The notes: a model not told the origin generated them from the letters alone. A DNA stretch of 64,000 nt from Candidatus Aminicenantes bacterium (GCA_963796835.1 CAWCND010000022.1:1-64000), one strand, 5' to 3'; counted from the first letter of the stretch, positions 32,705-43,252 are shown. A program made the numbers and translations.

Positions 32705-34801
32705 CTACTTCGGGCTCTTCAAGTACTTGTCGAACCACGCCAAGAACCGTTCCAACCGCTCGCGAATGTAGCTCGGACGCGTGAGCAAATGGTATTGGCC
32801 CGGATAGACCACCAGCTGCGTGGGAACGCCGAGAGTTTTCAGCGCCTGGTACATCTGCTCGCTGCCGATGATCGGGACATTGAAATCTTTTTCGCCGCCG
32901 ATAAACAGGGTGGGGGTCTTGATCCGGTCGGCTCGGAAGAACGGGTAGGAGACACGGACCCACGCGTCCGCAGCCTTCCAAGGCAGGCCGATTTCCTCCT
33001 CGTACTGCCGGATGTACTGGTCGCTCCCGTACATCGATAGTTGCAGGGCGCTGCCCGCCCCGCTGATGGCGGCCTTGAACCGGGTGTCCGTCGCGATCGT
33101 GTAGTCCGTCAGGATGCCGCCGTAGCTCCAGCCGCCTATGCCGAGCCGGCCGGGGTCCGCGATCCCCTTCCGCACAGCATCGTCCACCCCGGCGAGCAGA
33201 TCGGCGACCTCTTTGTTCCCCCAGTCGGCGAGGATGCTCCGCGTGAACTCGGCGCCACGCCCGCTGCTGCCTCGATAGTTGATCGCCAGAACGACATAGC
33301 CGTGCGCCGCAAAGAACTGCCGCTCGAGCTGCAGCGGATAGAGATCGAACAGAAGCGCATGGTCGTCCTGCATGGTCGGGCCGCCGTGGATCCACACCAG
33401 CGTAGGAAATTTCTTCCCAGCCTCATACGAGGGTGGCTTGACCATCAGGCCATGGATTTCCGTTCCGTCCTTGCTCGGGAAGCTGATGTCTTCGACGACG
33501 CCCAGCTGCCATTCGGCAAGAAGAGCGTCGTTGTGCGCGGTCAGTTTGCGCAGTTTTCCGTTCTCGAGCGCGTAGATCTCCGTCGCCGACGAATCCGTCG
33601 CCGCCGCGACAACCGTATGCCCGCCGCCGCTCGCGCGCTTACTGGGGACGGCGCTGCCGTCGCTGATGGGCTCCACGCTGCCGCCCCCGACGGCAATCTT
33701 CCCGAGATACGCACGCCGGTCGTCTTCCACCAAGATGGTCAGGGCGGAACCGTCCAGAGTGAATTCGGGCTGGGACACCCGACGGTCGAGCTTGGCGGTG
33801 AGTGTCCGCGGCTCGCCACCCGTAGCCGGCACGACGGCCAGCCGATCAACGTTGTAGAAATTGAACTTCGACTCAAAACCCTGGAGGAAGGCAAGCATCC
33901 GGCCGTTCGGGCTCCAGACCAACCGCTGCTCGTCCGGCCGGCAGATGGTGAGTAGCTTTCGCGGCTCGGCCCCGGCGCGCGCCGCGGCGATAAAGATATC
34001 GGTCGTCCCGGTCTGATCGGGCTCCTTCGCATGATTGCTGATAAAGGCGAGCTGCGACCCGTCCGGCGACCAGGCCGGATCGCTTTCATCAAAATCCTGG
34101 TCGGTGGTCAGCGCTTCCAGCTTCTTGCTTTCGACCTCGAAGAGGTAAAGATGATTGCGGGACGAAGCGGTGAGATAGCCCTCGATGTCCCGTTTAAAGA
34201 GGTACCGATCGATGACGATCGGCTTCGGCGCCTTGGCTTTGGAATCGCGAACTCCTCCCGAATCCTCGCCACTGTCCCGCATGACGAGCACGAGCCGCTT
34301 GCTGTCCGGCGACCATTCATAGCCGCCAATCTCACCTTTAACGCTCGTCAACTGACTCGCTTCGCCGCCACGTCGATCGAGGAGCCAGATCTCCGCCTTT
34401 CCCTCGGCGGGACGGGCGGAAAGGAACGCCAGATGCCTTCCATCGGGGCTCCAGCGCGGCATGGCGTCCGAGTCGGGCCCATTGGTGATCTGGAGATCCT
34501 CGGTGCCTTCCCAGTTGACCATCCAGATCGCGCTCCGCAGCTTGTCGGCCTCGCGGTCTAAGATCGTGACAGTGTAGGCGGTCCACTTTCCGTCCGGCGA
34601 AACTTGCGGATTTCCAATCTCCTGAATGCGGTACACATCGTCAGCGGTGAGCGGGCGTTTCGCGGGAGCTTGGGCGAAGAGAGGAATGGCCCAAAGCGAA
34701 AGACAAATGGTGATCAGCAAAACAAAATATGAAGATCTGTCCTTTCTCCGAGCGGCCTGGATGATCATGGATGTCCTCCTTTTTTCGGCTCCCGTCGTCA
34801 A
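32705..34801 (-). CDS. S9-family serine peptidase (acylaminoacyl-peptidase / DPP-like) with N-terminal beta-propeller. Secreted.
   Basis: Signal peptide. TolB-like propeller repeats (SPDGKW..., SPDGRHLAF). Catalytic GGWSYGG (GxSxGG) in the C-terminal alpha/beta-hydrolase domain. Confidence 0.8.
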   Translation of the reverse strand: MTTGAEKRRTSMIIQAARRKDRSSYFVLLITICLSLWAIPLFAQAPAKRPLTADDVYRIQEIGNPQVSPDGKWTAYTVTILDREADKLRSAIWMVNWEGTEDLQITNGPDSDAMPRWSPDGRHLAFLSARPAEGKAEIWLLDRRGGEASQLTSVKGEIGGYEWSPDSKRLVLVMRDSGEDSGGVRDSKAKAPKPIVIDRYLFKRDIEGYLTASSRNHLYLFEVESKKLEALTTDQDFDESDPAWSPDGSQLAFISNHAKEPDQTGTTDIFIAAARAGAEPRKLLTICRPDEQRLVWSPNGRMLAFLQGFESKFNFYNVDRLAVVPATGGEPRTLTAKLDRRVSQPEFTLDGSALTILVEDDRRAYLGKIAVGGGSVEPISDGSAVPSKRASGGGHTVVAAATDSSATEIYALENGKLRKLTAHNDALLAEWQLGVVEDISFPSKDGTEIHGLMVKPPSYEAGKKFPTLVWIHGGPTMQDDHALLFDLYPLQLERQFFAAHGYVVLAINYRGSSGRGAEFTRSILADWGNKEVADLLAGVDDAVRKGIADPGRLGIGGWSYGGILTDYTIATDTRFKAAISGAGSALQLSMYGSDQYIRQYEEEIGLPWKAADAWVRVSYPFFRADRIKTPTLFIGGEKDFNVPIIGSEQMYQALKTLGVPTQLVVYPGQYHLLTRPSYIRERLERFLAWFDKYLKSPK

Positions 34802-34900
34802 AGACGATAAAATATCATTGATTCGGCTGTCAAGTCGCGCTCAGAGAGCGGAATGCAGAGTCGCGACAGATCTGGAGTGCCCGGGATGAGGGCAAGAGGG

Positions 34901-34971
34901 CAGATTTCTCGGGGAATAAGAGAGCGCGCCTGGGGTGAATCGAACCCCCGGCCCGCGGCTGAGAAGGCAGG
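34901..34971. repeat. 71-bp direct repeat (copy A): 3' ~47 nt of tRNA-Arg(TCT) from the anticodon loop onward, plus 25 nt of 3' flank
   Basis: gcagatttctcgGggaataagagagcgcgcctggggtgaatcgaacCcccgGcccgcGgctGagaaggcag. About 66/71 identical to 39310-39380. Confidence 0.8.
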
Positions 34972-35151
34972 CATGCTTCTTCCTTAACGGCGGTAGAATT
35001 AATCGAGTCCAAGTTCTCCGCTAGATGATGGGCTAAGAATTGCGCATAAGGATGCACCCATCGGCCGAGAATGTTCTCCTTTTCTTGACACCGTTCCGAA
35101 GAAGGCGCTATCTTCCTTAATACAGATCGTTCCCAGTCCGAGAGGTGCGTC

Positions 35152-36489
35152 ATGCGGATTTTGAGGTCCATCGTCTTCATCCTTATCACCCAGCTTCTTC
35201 TCCCTCGCCCGGTCCTGCCGCAAGCTGCTAAGCCAGACTCTGAGTTCTTCCAAAAAATCCGGTCCCTGCCCGGCGTCGTCGAAGTTCGAGCAGCGCATTT
35301 CGATGACAAGTCGTTCCGTGAAGCCTGCGAGGTCATGTACGAGCAGCCCGTCGACCATCCGAACCCGACCTCGCTTAAGTTCCACCAACGAATCTTCGTC
35401 TCACACGCCGGCTTTGACAAGCCTGTCGTCCTCGTGACCGAGGGCTACGCGGCCTTCGGGAACAGGGCCGGGGAGCTGACGCGCCTCCTCGGCGCCAACC
35501 AAGTCAGTGTCGAGCATCGTTTCTTCGGAAAATCTGTTCCCTCGTCGCTCGACTGGGACGCCTTGACCATCCATCAATCCGCCGACGATCTCCACGCCAT
35601 CGTCCAAGCGTTGAAGGCGCTCTATCCGGGTAAGTGGATCAGCACGGGCGCCAGCAAGGGGGGACAGACGGCCCTGTTTTACAAATGCTTTTATCCGGAC
35701 GATGTGGACGCCACCGTCACGTATTCAGCGCCTGTCAATATCGCCCAGGAGGACCCCCGGATCTACCAGTTCCTCCAGACGGTCGGTGACGAAGCGACGC
35801 GGGCGAGGATCAAGGATTATCAAAAGGCGTTGTTCCGGAGAGAAGATGAGTTGATGCCCCTGGTCAAGAGCTGGGCCGATAAAATGAAGTGGACGATCAG
35901 CCTGGGATTAGCAGACGCCTACGAGTATGGCGTACTGGAATACCCCTTGGCGTTCTGGCAATTTGGGTCCTTCAAGCCCTCGGACATCCCCGCGCCCGAC
36001 GCACCGGTCACGGCGTTATTCGATCATTACAAAAAGATCAATACGTTCTTCTTCTATACGGACCAAGGCCAAAAGGCTTTTGAACCCTTCATGTACCAGG
36101 CGTTCAGCGAGATCGGCTACTACAACTATGATATTTCCGATTTCAAGGACGCCATGAAAGCTCTGAAACGACCAACCAACACCGTCCTCTGCCCCAAAGG
36201 GGTCAAGATCGTCTTCAACCCCTCCACCATGGACCGCGTGTACCGCTTTCTTCAGTATGAGGCCGACCACGTCATCTACATCTACGGCGAGTTCGACCCC
36301 TGGGCCTCGACCCAGATCCAGCTGATCGGACGGACCGACGCGGTCAAGATCGTGGTCAACGGCGGCCACCATGGCGTCGGCATCAGCGACTTCACGCCGG
36401 ACCAGCGGGAATCATGCTATGCGAGCCTGGAGAAGTGGTTGAACCTGAAACTGTCTCGGACCGGACGCAATCGGGCGCCCAGGCCCTAA
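35152..36489 (+). CDS. S28-family serine peptidase (prolyl-carboxypeptidase/DPP7-like alpha/beta hydrolase). Secreted.
   Basis: Signal peptide. S28 N-terminal signature EQPVDHPNPTSLKFHQRIF. Nucleophile elbow GASKGG. Confidence 0.6.
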   Translation: MRILRSIVFILITQLLLPRPVLPQAAKPDSEFFQKIRSLPGVVEVRAAHFDDKSFREACEVMYEQPVDHPNPTSLKFHQRIFVSHAGFDKPVVLVTEGYAAFGNRAGELTRLLGANQVSVEHRFFGKSVPSSLDWDALTIHQSADDLHAIVQALKALYPGKWISTGASKGGQTALFYKCFYPDDVDATVTYSAPVNIAQEDPRIYQFLQTVGDEATRARIKDYQKALFRREDELMPLVKSWADKMKWTISLGLADAYEYGVLEYPLAFWQFGSFKPSDIPAPDAPVTALFDHYKKINTFFFYTDQGQKAFEPFMYQAFSEIGYYNYDISDFKDAMKALKRPTNTVLCPKGVKIVFNPSTMDRVYRFLQYEADHVIYIYGEFDPWASTQIQLIGRTDAVKIVVNGGHHGVGISDFTPDQRESCYASLEKWLNLKLSRTGRNRAPRP

Positions 36490-36521
36490 GAGAAACCCGC
36501 CATGACAAGAGGAGCGTAACG

Positions 36522-39044
36522 ATGAAGAACCGGAATTGGATGTCAATCCTATTCGGACTGCTGGCCCTGATCCTCGGGACGACGCCAGGACCGGCCGCCG
36601 TCGATCAAGCCCCCAAAGATCTGGTCTGGCCTCGCCCGGTGCCCTGCCGGATCCAGGACGGAGCGAACAAGGACATTTTCGTTATCACTCTGGGCGCCGT
36701 CGACACACCGCTCGCCACCGGGATTTTCAATCCATCCGCTGACGAGGTCCGGTTAAACGATGGGACGGTCATTAAGGACTATTTCCGGGTTCGTCTGGGA
36801 GTCAAGTATTTCAAGCCAATCGATAAGAACCGGTTTCTGGTCCCCCCGTCGGGGTGGTGTTCCTGGTATTACTACTACAAGGATGTCAGCGAGGACGAAG
36901 TCCTCTTGAATGCCCGCTGGATCGGCGCGAACCTCAAGGATTATGGAGCGAGATACGTTCAGATCGACGACGGCTGGCAAGGCTACGGTAAGGGCGGCGC
37001 GCGCGACTGGACGACTCTGAGCGAGAATTTCAAGAACGGCATGGGCCGCGTCGCGGCGGGCATCAACTCTTTCGGGTTGACACCCGGCATCTGGATAGCG
37101 CCCCATGGGCAGAGCAACCAAAATGTCGTCCGGAGCGCGAAGGACATCTTCCTGCTCAAAAAGGACGGAACGAGCGCCTCAAAGACCTGGGAAGGAGATT
37201 ACCTGGTTGATCCCTCGAATCCCCGGTCAAGCCAATACCTGAAAGACCTGTTCGCGACCCTGGTTGGTTGGGGCTACGATTACTTCAAGATCGACGGCCA
37301 GCCGATCGTGATGGACGAATACCGTACGAAGAGCGCTTTTATGAAAAAGAAGGGTGGGGATCCCGAGATCCTCTATCGAAGAACCCTGGAAAGTATCCGC
37401 GGGGCCCTTGGCCCCGATCGCTATCTCCTCGGCTGCTGGGGCATCCCGCTGGAAGGCGCGGGGATCATGAACGGCTCCCGAACCGGGGGGGATGTCGTCC
37501 TGGGCTGGGAGGGGTTTCTGGGCGCCTTCGGCGCCACTATGGAGTATTATTACCAGCACAACATCGTCTGGTATACGGACCCGGACGTTATGTTGCTCCG
37601 TCCCCCCCTGCCGATTGAGCAAGCGAGAGCGTGGGCGACGCTGCAGGGCCTGACGGGGCAAGCTCTATTCGCGAGCGACCGGATGCCTGACCTCCCCGAG
37701 AACAGGGTCGAAATCCTGAAGCGGGTCTTCCCGGCAGTGGACGCCAGGCCCCTGGATCTCTTCCCGTCTCCGAAGTCCAAGCGGATTTGGGACCTCAAGA
37801 TCCGCCACCTCAGCCGGGTCTACGACGTCGTAGGTCTGTTCAATATCGGCCAGTCCGCGGCCGAGACAACCCTGCTCCGATGGGCGGATTTGGGCCTCCC
37901 CGACAAGAAACCCGTCCATGTCTTCGATTTTTGGAATCACGAATACCTCGGCGCTTGGAAGACTGGAATAGCCGTAGATGTCCCTCCGGCCGCGTGCCGC
38001 GTCCTCACTCTTCTTCCTGCATCCGACGAGATCCAGATCATTTCGACGAGCCGCCACGTCACCCAGGGGTGGGTGGACCTCATCACGCTCAGCTCCGAGG
38101 ACGGAGGCCGGCATTTCAAGGGGGCCAGCCATCTTGTTAAGGACGACCCATACGAACTCCGCTTCGCTTTCCCCCTTGGCCGGAATTTCGCCGTCAAGAG
38201 CGCGTCGGCGAGGGACGCCTCGGGAGAGTTGCCTGTCGAAGTCTTCGACCATCAAGGATGGTCCGCCGTACGCATCCGGCCGGCGCGAACGGACGACGCC
38301 GATTGGGAAGTATCCTTCGAACCGGCTGGCTCCTACAAGTTCGCGGTCCGAGAGCCGTCAGGAATCAGGGTGCAGAGGCGCGGCCTAGACGGTGTTGACC
38401 TAGAGTGGAATCCCCAGTATTACCTCAACGCTGGCTACGAGGTTTTTGTCAACGGGTCGCTCGCTGGCTATACACCAAGAGCTTCGTTCCCGCTGCGCGG
38501 CCTGGACCCGAACGCGTCCTATGCGGTCGAGGTCCGGACCGTCTGGGACGACGGTTCAGTAAGCCCCAAGGCGGCGATCACGACGTTCAGGCCGGCGGTG
38601 CTGATGCCGGAGGAAATCCCAATTGCCGAGCTCGAGCCGTCGCGAACGGCCTCAGACACCAAGGGCCTCCCGCCCGAGTGGGTTTTATCCCATAGGCCTT
38701 TCATGGTGAACGGCCGACGATTTGACGCCGGCCTCGGCCTGCGGTCAGGTTCGGAAGTCGAATATGACCTCAAGGGATTATTCGCAACCTTCCTGGCCGA
38801 GGTGGGCGTCGACGATTCAAGCCCCGAAATGAAGGACCCGGAGGCGCTCGAGTTTTCCCTGGTCGGGGATGGGAAGATCCTCTGGGCAAGCGGACCGGTC
38901 CGAAAATCGGATGGGCTGAAGCGGGTTGAAATTCCGGTCTCGGGAGTCCGCGCCCTCGTCCTCAGGGTCGCCGGGGGTGGCGCGGCGCGCACCTGGCGGC
39001 GCCCTCAAGGTGATTGGCTGAATGGCAAACTCCTGAGGCGATAG
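36522..39044 (+). CDS. Clan GH-D glycoside hydrolase (GH27/GH36-like alpha-galactosidase / alpha-N-acetylgalactosaminidase) with Fn3-like and C-terminal NPCBM carbohydrate-binding domains. Secreted.
   Basis: GAGGAG RBS. Signal peptide. GWCSWYYY...YVQIDDGWQ catalytic-region motif. C-terminal NPCBM-like segment (FDAGLGLRSGSEVEYDLKGLFATFLAEVGVDD...VEIPVSGVRALVLRV). Confidence 0.65.
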   Translation: MKNRNWMSILFGLLALILGTTPGPAAVDQAPKDLVWPRPVPCRIQDGANKDIFVITLGAVDTPLATGIFNPSADEVRLNDGTVIKDYFRVRLGVKYFKPIDKNRFLVPPSGWCSWYYYYKDVSEDEVLLNARWIGANLKDYGARYVQIDDGWQGYGKGGARDWTTLSENFKNGMGRVAAGINSFGLTPGIWIAPHGQSNQNVVRSAKDIFLLKKDGTSASKTWEGDYLVDPSNPRSSQYLKDLFATLVGWGYDYFKIDGQPIVMDEYRTKSAFMKKKGGDPEILYRRTLESIRGALGPDRYLLGCWGIPLEGAGIMNGSRTGGDVVLGWEGFLGAFGATMEYYYQHNIVWYTDPDVMLLRPPLPIEQARAWATLQGLTGQALFASDRMPDLPENRVEILKRVFPAVDARPLDLFPSPKSKRIWDLKIRHLSRVYDVVGLFNIGQSAAETTLLRWADLGLPDKKPVHVFDFWNHEYLGAWKTGIAVDVPPAACRVLTLLPASDEIQIISTSRHVTQGWVDLITLSSEDGGRHFKGASHLVKDDPYELRFAFPLGRNFAVKSASARDASGELPVEVFDHQGWSAVRIRPARTDDADWEVSFEPAGSYKFAVREPSGIRVQRRGLDGVDLEWNPQYYLNAGYEVFVNGSLAGYTPRASFPLRGLDPNASYAVEVRTVWDDGSVSPKAAITTFRPAVLMPEEIPIAELEPSRTASDTKGLPPEWVLSHRPFMVNGRRFDAGLGLRSGSEVEYDLKGLFATFLAEVGVDDSSPEMKDPEALEFSLVGDGKILWASGPVRKSDGLKRVEIPVSGVRALVLRVAGGGAARTWRRPQGDWLNGKLLRR

Positions 39045-39309
39045 GAAATAACCGTCCTTTCGACCGCACCCCGGATCCTGGTCTAAAAAGGACGCTGGAT
39101 TCTTATGTTGGAATCGGCGTCCGAGAAAGAGGCGAGGATAAAGGAATTATGATTCCTAGAGGCTCAGATGGGTCAACAGCCAGATTTCTTCCTTATGCCT
39201 TCGACTCGCCACGGCTACGGTGCTCAATTGTGCCCCGTGGATGCCTCAAGCCGTGCAAGGCTGTACAAAATTGCGACAATTTTCGCATGACGGGGATGAT
39301 ATCTCAATG

Positions 39310-39380
39310 GCAGATTTCTCGAGGAATAAGAGAGCGCGCCTGGGGTGAATCGAACACCCGACCCGCTGCTTAGAAGGCAG
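39310..39380. repeat. 71-bp direct repeat (copy B), overlapping the 3' part of the intact tRNA-Arg(TCT) and 25 nt downstream of it
   Basis: Counterpart of 34901-34971. Confidence 0.8.
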
Positions 39381-39407
39381 CTGCTCTATCCCCTGAGCTA
39401 CAGGCGC
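39335..39407 (-). tRNA. tRNA-Arg (anticodon TCT)
   Basis: Minus-strand sequence GCGCCTG TA GCTC AGGGGATA GAGC A GCTGC CTTCTAA GCAGC GGGTC GGGTG TTCGATT CACCC CAGGCGC G. 73 nt with a canonical cloverleaf. CCA not encoded. Confidence 0.9.
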
Positions 39408-39503
39408 GTCATGGATGATCAAAGCCGGGGCCGCGAAAGCCGTCCCGGCCTTCCCGGCCGGGCGCTCTATCGCAGGGCCGGTCGCTTTTTCGCGGGGAGC
39501 CAA

Positions 39504-39578
39504 TCGGGGAGAGCGGATTTGAACCGCCGACCTCCTGCTCCCAAGGCAGGCGCGCTAGCCAGGCTGCGCCACTCCCCG
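39504..39578 (-). tRNA. tRNA-Pro (anticodon TGG)
   Basis: Minus-strand sequence CGGGGAG TG GCGC AGCCTGGCTA GCGC G CCTGC CTTGGGA GCAGG AGGTC GGCGG TTCAAAT CCGCT CTCCCCG A. 75 nt. G37 as expected for Pro. Confidence 0.85.
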
Positions 39579-39658
39579 TCCATTCCGCACCCCTCGATGA
39601 AAGCCCGTTCATCTTAGCAAATCGGGCCGGCGGCTGTCAATTTGACCGCGGAGGTCTG

Positions 39659-41407
39659 TTATCGGCGCATCCCCTTGTCGATCTGGGATCTGCCCACCTT
39701 CACGACGATCGGCCGGCCGTGCGGGCAAAGGGCGGGCTGGGACGATTTGAAAAGCTCGTCCACGAGATAGCCCATTTTTTCCCGGGTCAGCGGCTGGCCC
39801 GCTTTGATGGCTGTTTTGCAGGCCAGCGTCGCCAGGAACTTCTCGCGCCTGTCCCGGGCATTCGCCTGTTCCGCCTCCTCGAGCAGGGCTATAAAAACAT
39901 CCGCGGCCTCCTCGGCCCGGAAGACGCCCGGGTACTCCTTGAGGGCGAAGGACCGGCCGCCCATGGCCTCGGCCCGGAACCCGAGCTCCTCGAAAAGCAA
40001 GGCGTTCTCCTCGAACGCGACGGCCTCGGACGGCGAAAGCTCCAAGAGGGCCGGGATGAGGAGGGTCTCCCGGGGCCAGAGCTTCCGGCGGTCGATCTCC
40101 CGGAACTTGTCGAAGAGGATGCGCTCATGGGCGTTGTGCTGGTCGATGACCAGGAGGCCGTCCTCCGCGCTCGCGACGATGTAGAGGTTCTGGAACTGGC
40201 CGAGAACCTCGGGGCCCGTTCCGGCCTTCTCCGGCCCGCCGAAGGTTGGAGCGGCCGGACCGGCCGAGAGAACGGGCTCCCAGGCCGTCGGACCGGATCC
40301 TTCTCTCGCCGCTTCGCCCCCCTGCCCGGGCTCGAGACCCGGCATGGGAACGGACTCCTCCGCGACGCCATGAGGGGTGGCGGTCACGGCCGGGACCGGA
40401 TAGACGTCCTTGACCGTATGCTCCTTGAGAGTCCCGTGTTCCACGGCCCTGAGAACGAGCCGGAAGACGAGCTGGGAGTCCTTGAACCGGACCTCGGCCT
40501 TGGCCGGATGGACGTTGACATCGACGTCGCCGTATGGAAGCGTGATGAAGAGGAATGCCTCGGCCGACCTGTTCCGCTCGAGGATCCCGGTGTACGCCTG
40601 GTTGAGGGCGGCTTGGAGGATGCGGTCCTTGACCGGCCGGCCGTTGACGAAAAAATGCTGGACGGAACGGTCCGTACGTCCCCGCAGCGGCCGCGACGAA
40701 TAGCCGGAGAGCCGGCCCTCCCCTTCCGCTCCCGCGACCTCCATCAGGCCGTCCACGACGTCCTTTCCGTAGAGCTGGAAGATCCGGTCCTTCAGCGCGC
40801 CGACCGGCGGGCAGTTGATCGTCTCCCGCGTCCCGTGGACGAGGACGAAGCGGACGCTCGGATGCGACAGGGCGGCCAGCGTCAGGTATTTGGTGATCAG
40901 GCCGACCTCGGAGGAGCTCGACCGAAGGAATTTCCGCCGGGCGGGCAGGTTGAAGAACAGGTCGCGGACCTCGACCGCCGTCCCCCGCGGGAAGGCGATG
41001 TCCGTGACGGCCACGAGCTTTTCCCCTTCTCGCTCGATCAGGGTGCCGCGATCCTCGGTCCCGTCGAACGTCCTCAGGGAGAGCCTCGAGACGGCCGAGA
41101 TGCTGGCCAGGGCCTCACCGCGGAAGCCGAGGGTCGAGATCCTCTCCAGGTCCTCCTCGGCCAGGATCTTGCTCGTCGAGTGGCGCCGGAAGCAGAGGGC
41201 GGCATCCTCCCGGCTCATCCCCGACCCATTGTCCTGGACCTTGATCGAGCGCTTCCCGCCGTCGAGGAGTTCGACCCGGACATCGGTCGCTCCGGCGTCG
41301 AGGGAATTTTCGACGAGCTCCTTGACGACGGACACGGGCCGCTCGATGACCTCGCCGGCCGCGATCTTCTGGGCGATCTCCGGGGCCAGGATATGTATCT
41401 TCTTCAT
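39659..41407 (-). CDS. mutL: DNA mismatch repair protein MutL
   Basis: N-terminal GHKL ATPase motifs (IAAGEVIERPVSVVKELVENSLDAGAT, ...GTTV). 582 aa. C-terminal dimerisation domain. Confidence 0.9.
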   Translation of the reverse strand: MKKIHILAPEIAQKIAAGEVIERPVSVVKELVENSLDAGATDVRVELLDGGKRSIKVQDNGSGMSREDAALCFRRHSTSKILAEEDLERISTLGFRGEALASISAVSRLSLRTFDGTEDRGTLIEREGEKLVAVTDIAFPRGTAVEVRDLFFNLPARRKFLRSSSSEVGLITKYLTLAALSHPSVRFVLVHGTRETINCPPVGALKDRIFQLYGKDVVDGLMEVAGAEGEGRLSGYSSRPLRGRTDRSVQHFFVNGRPVKDRILQAALNQAYTGILERNRSAEAFLFITLPYGDVDVNVHPAKAEVRFKDSQLVFRLVLRAVEHGTLKEHTVKDVYPVPAVTATPHGVAEESVPMPGLEPGQGGEAAREGSGPTAWEPVLSAGPAAPTFGGPEKAGTGPEVLGQFQNLYIVASAEDGLLVIDQHNAHERILFDKFREIDRRKLWPRETLLIPALLELSPSEAVAFEENALLFEELGFRAEAMGGRSFALKEYPGVFRAEEAADVFIALLEEAEQANARDRREKFLATLACKTAIKAGQPLTREKMGYLVDELFKSSQPALCPHGRPIVVKVGRSQIDKGMRR

Positions 41408-42745
41408 GTTCTGACGACCTCACCTTCTGTCGAACGCTCTGAAACCCGGGTGATGCGAACCCGGACGATCTCCCGTCTCGGCGCCGGGCATGACGGAACC
41501 CGGACCCTGATATAATTGCCGGTCAACACTTCCGCTAATCCTTCCCTGCCATTTTTCGCGTCCAAGGGCATACCCGGCTCCTCCCTTTCTGCCTGCCACG
41601 GGCCTCCATCGCCCCTCCCGATGACAACCGCTTGGAGGTCCTGCCCCAGGAAGGAGGCCCGGAACCGCAGGTTTTTTTCCGCGGAGAGCTTGCGGAGGGC
41701 TTGCGACCGCTCCCTCTTGAGCCGCTCCGGGACCTGGGGCATCGCCGCCGCCGGCGTCCCCGCGCGCGGCGAATAGGGGAAAACGTGAAAATATGTCAGC
41801 GGCGACCGCGAGAGGAATTCTTCGAGAAGGGCGAAGTCGTCGTCCGCCTCCCCGGGGAACCCGACGATGACATCGGCGCCAAGAGACGCCCCGGGCGACC
41901 GGCCCTTGAGGTCGGAGAGGATGGACTGAGAGATCTCCGGTCCGGCCGACCGCCCCATTTTTTCGAGGACCCGGCTTGAAGCGTGCTGGAACGATAGATG
42001 GAAATGCTGGCAGATCTTCGGATTTCCGGCGATGTGGGCCACGAGGGCCCCGTCCGTTCGCCGCGGGTCCAGGGAGCTCAGCCTGACCCGGCCCAGGCCC
42101 TCCGCGTTCTCGATCACGCGGAGAAGCCCGGGCAGGGAACCTCTCGGCTCCAGGTCCTCGCCGTAGGACGATAGATGGATCCCGGCCAGGACGATCTCCC
42201 TGTACCCGGCCCGGATGAGGTCCTGGACGCGGGCCAGGACGCGGGCCTCGCCAAGGCTCGCGCTTCTTCCCCTGACGCTCGGGATGACACAGAACGCGCA
42301 CCGGTCATCGCACCCGTCCTGGACCTTGAGAAGCGCCCGGGAGCGGAACGCGACGTCCTCCGGGCCGGCCATCCCCGGCTCCGCCCTTTCGTCAGGCCCT
42401 GTTATTCCGGCGAGCGCGAGGACCTTTCCCGGCAGGCCGGCCTTCCCGCTGTTGGGGACGACGAGGAGGACCTGGGGAATGGCCTCTATCTCGTGCCGGG
42501 CCCGCTCGGCATAGCAGCCCGTGACGACGAGCTTGGCCGCAGGGTTTTCGCGCGTGACCTTCGGATGAATTCCTGACGTCCCGGTCGGCCCGGCCGGTCA
42601 GCGTGCAGGAGTTGACGAGGACGAGGTCGCTCCGGGCCGAGTCGTCCTCCAGCCGCAGCCCGCCCTTCCGGAAGGCTTCGGCCCAGGCGAAAGCCTCGGC
42701 CTGGTTGACGCGGCAGCCGAAGTTCTGGATGGAGAAGGAGGGCAT
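41404..42745 (-). CDS. Radical-SAM methylthiotransferase, MtaB/MiaB family. Apparent frameshift near 42570.
   Basis: N-terminal MTTase domain (FGCRVNQAE...VNSCTLTG). Radical-SAM CDDRCAFCVIP. ATGA overlap with mutL. Confidence 0.75.
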
Positions 42746-42828
42746 CGGAAGCAGTCAAGGTTTTCCTTGGAGCTTCTTCGAGCTCGGCCTCGACCTGGGC
42801 GGCCATCTTGGCCCGGTAGCCGACGAGC

Positions 42829-43252
42829 TTATTCGCGGAGGTCCTCGTTCTTCAGGGCCAGGATCTCGATCGCGAGGAGGGCGGCGTTCGACCCGCCGTG
42901 CTTGCCCAGGGCCATGGTCGCCACGGGGATGCCCTTGGGCATCTGGACGGTCGACAGCAGGGCGTCCAGGCCGCCCAGCGCGCCGCTCTCGACCGGCACG
43001 CCGATGACGGGCCGGACGGTGTGGGCGGCGACGACGCCGGCCAGGTGGGCGGCCTTGCCGGCCACGGCGATGAAGACCTCGGCGCCCGCGGCTTCGGCTC
43101 TGTGCACCAGGTCGCAGCGTGCGCTCGGGCGAGCGGTGGGCCGAGGTCACCTCGAGGGCGATACGGACGCCGAATTCCTTCAGGATCTCGAGGGCGTCCT
43201 CGACGATCTCGAGATCGGACTCGCTGCCGATGAAGATGACCATGACGTTCAT
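42829..43252 (-). CDS. purE: N5-carboxyaminoimidazole ribonucleotide mutase PurE (apparent frameshift near 43110)
   Basis: [17 protein letters not shown]... N-terminus. C-terminal ...[31 protein letters not shown] in a second frame. Confidence 0.8.

Larger units (their letters stand above)
32621..39407. mobile_element. Putative remnant of two serial genomic-islet insertions at tRNA-Arg(TCT). Cargo is secreted hydrolases. No integrase present.
   Basis: Three same-orientation copies of the tRNA 3' segment: 32621-32665, 34901-34971 and the intact tRNA 39335-39407 with its flank 39310-39334. The enclosed genes look lower in GC than the surroundings. Confidence 0.45.

Noticed and set aside
39014-39373. 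119-aa ORF between the glycosidase gene and tRNA-Arg
   Set aside because: It overlaps the 71-bp repeat and tRNA flank. No motifs and no RBS. This is where an integrase would be expected, but the ORF shows no integrase features.
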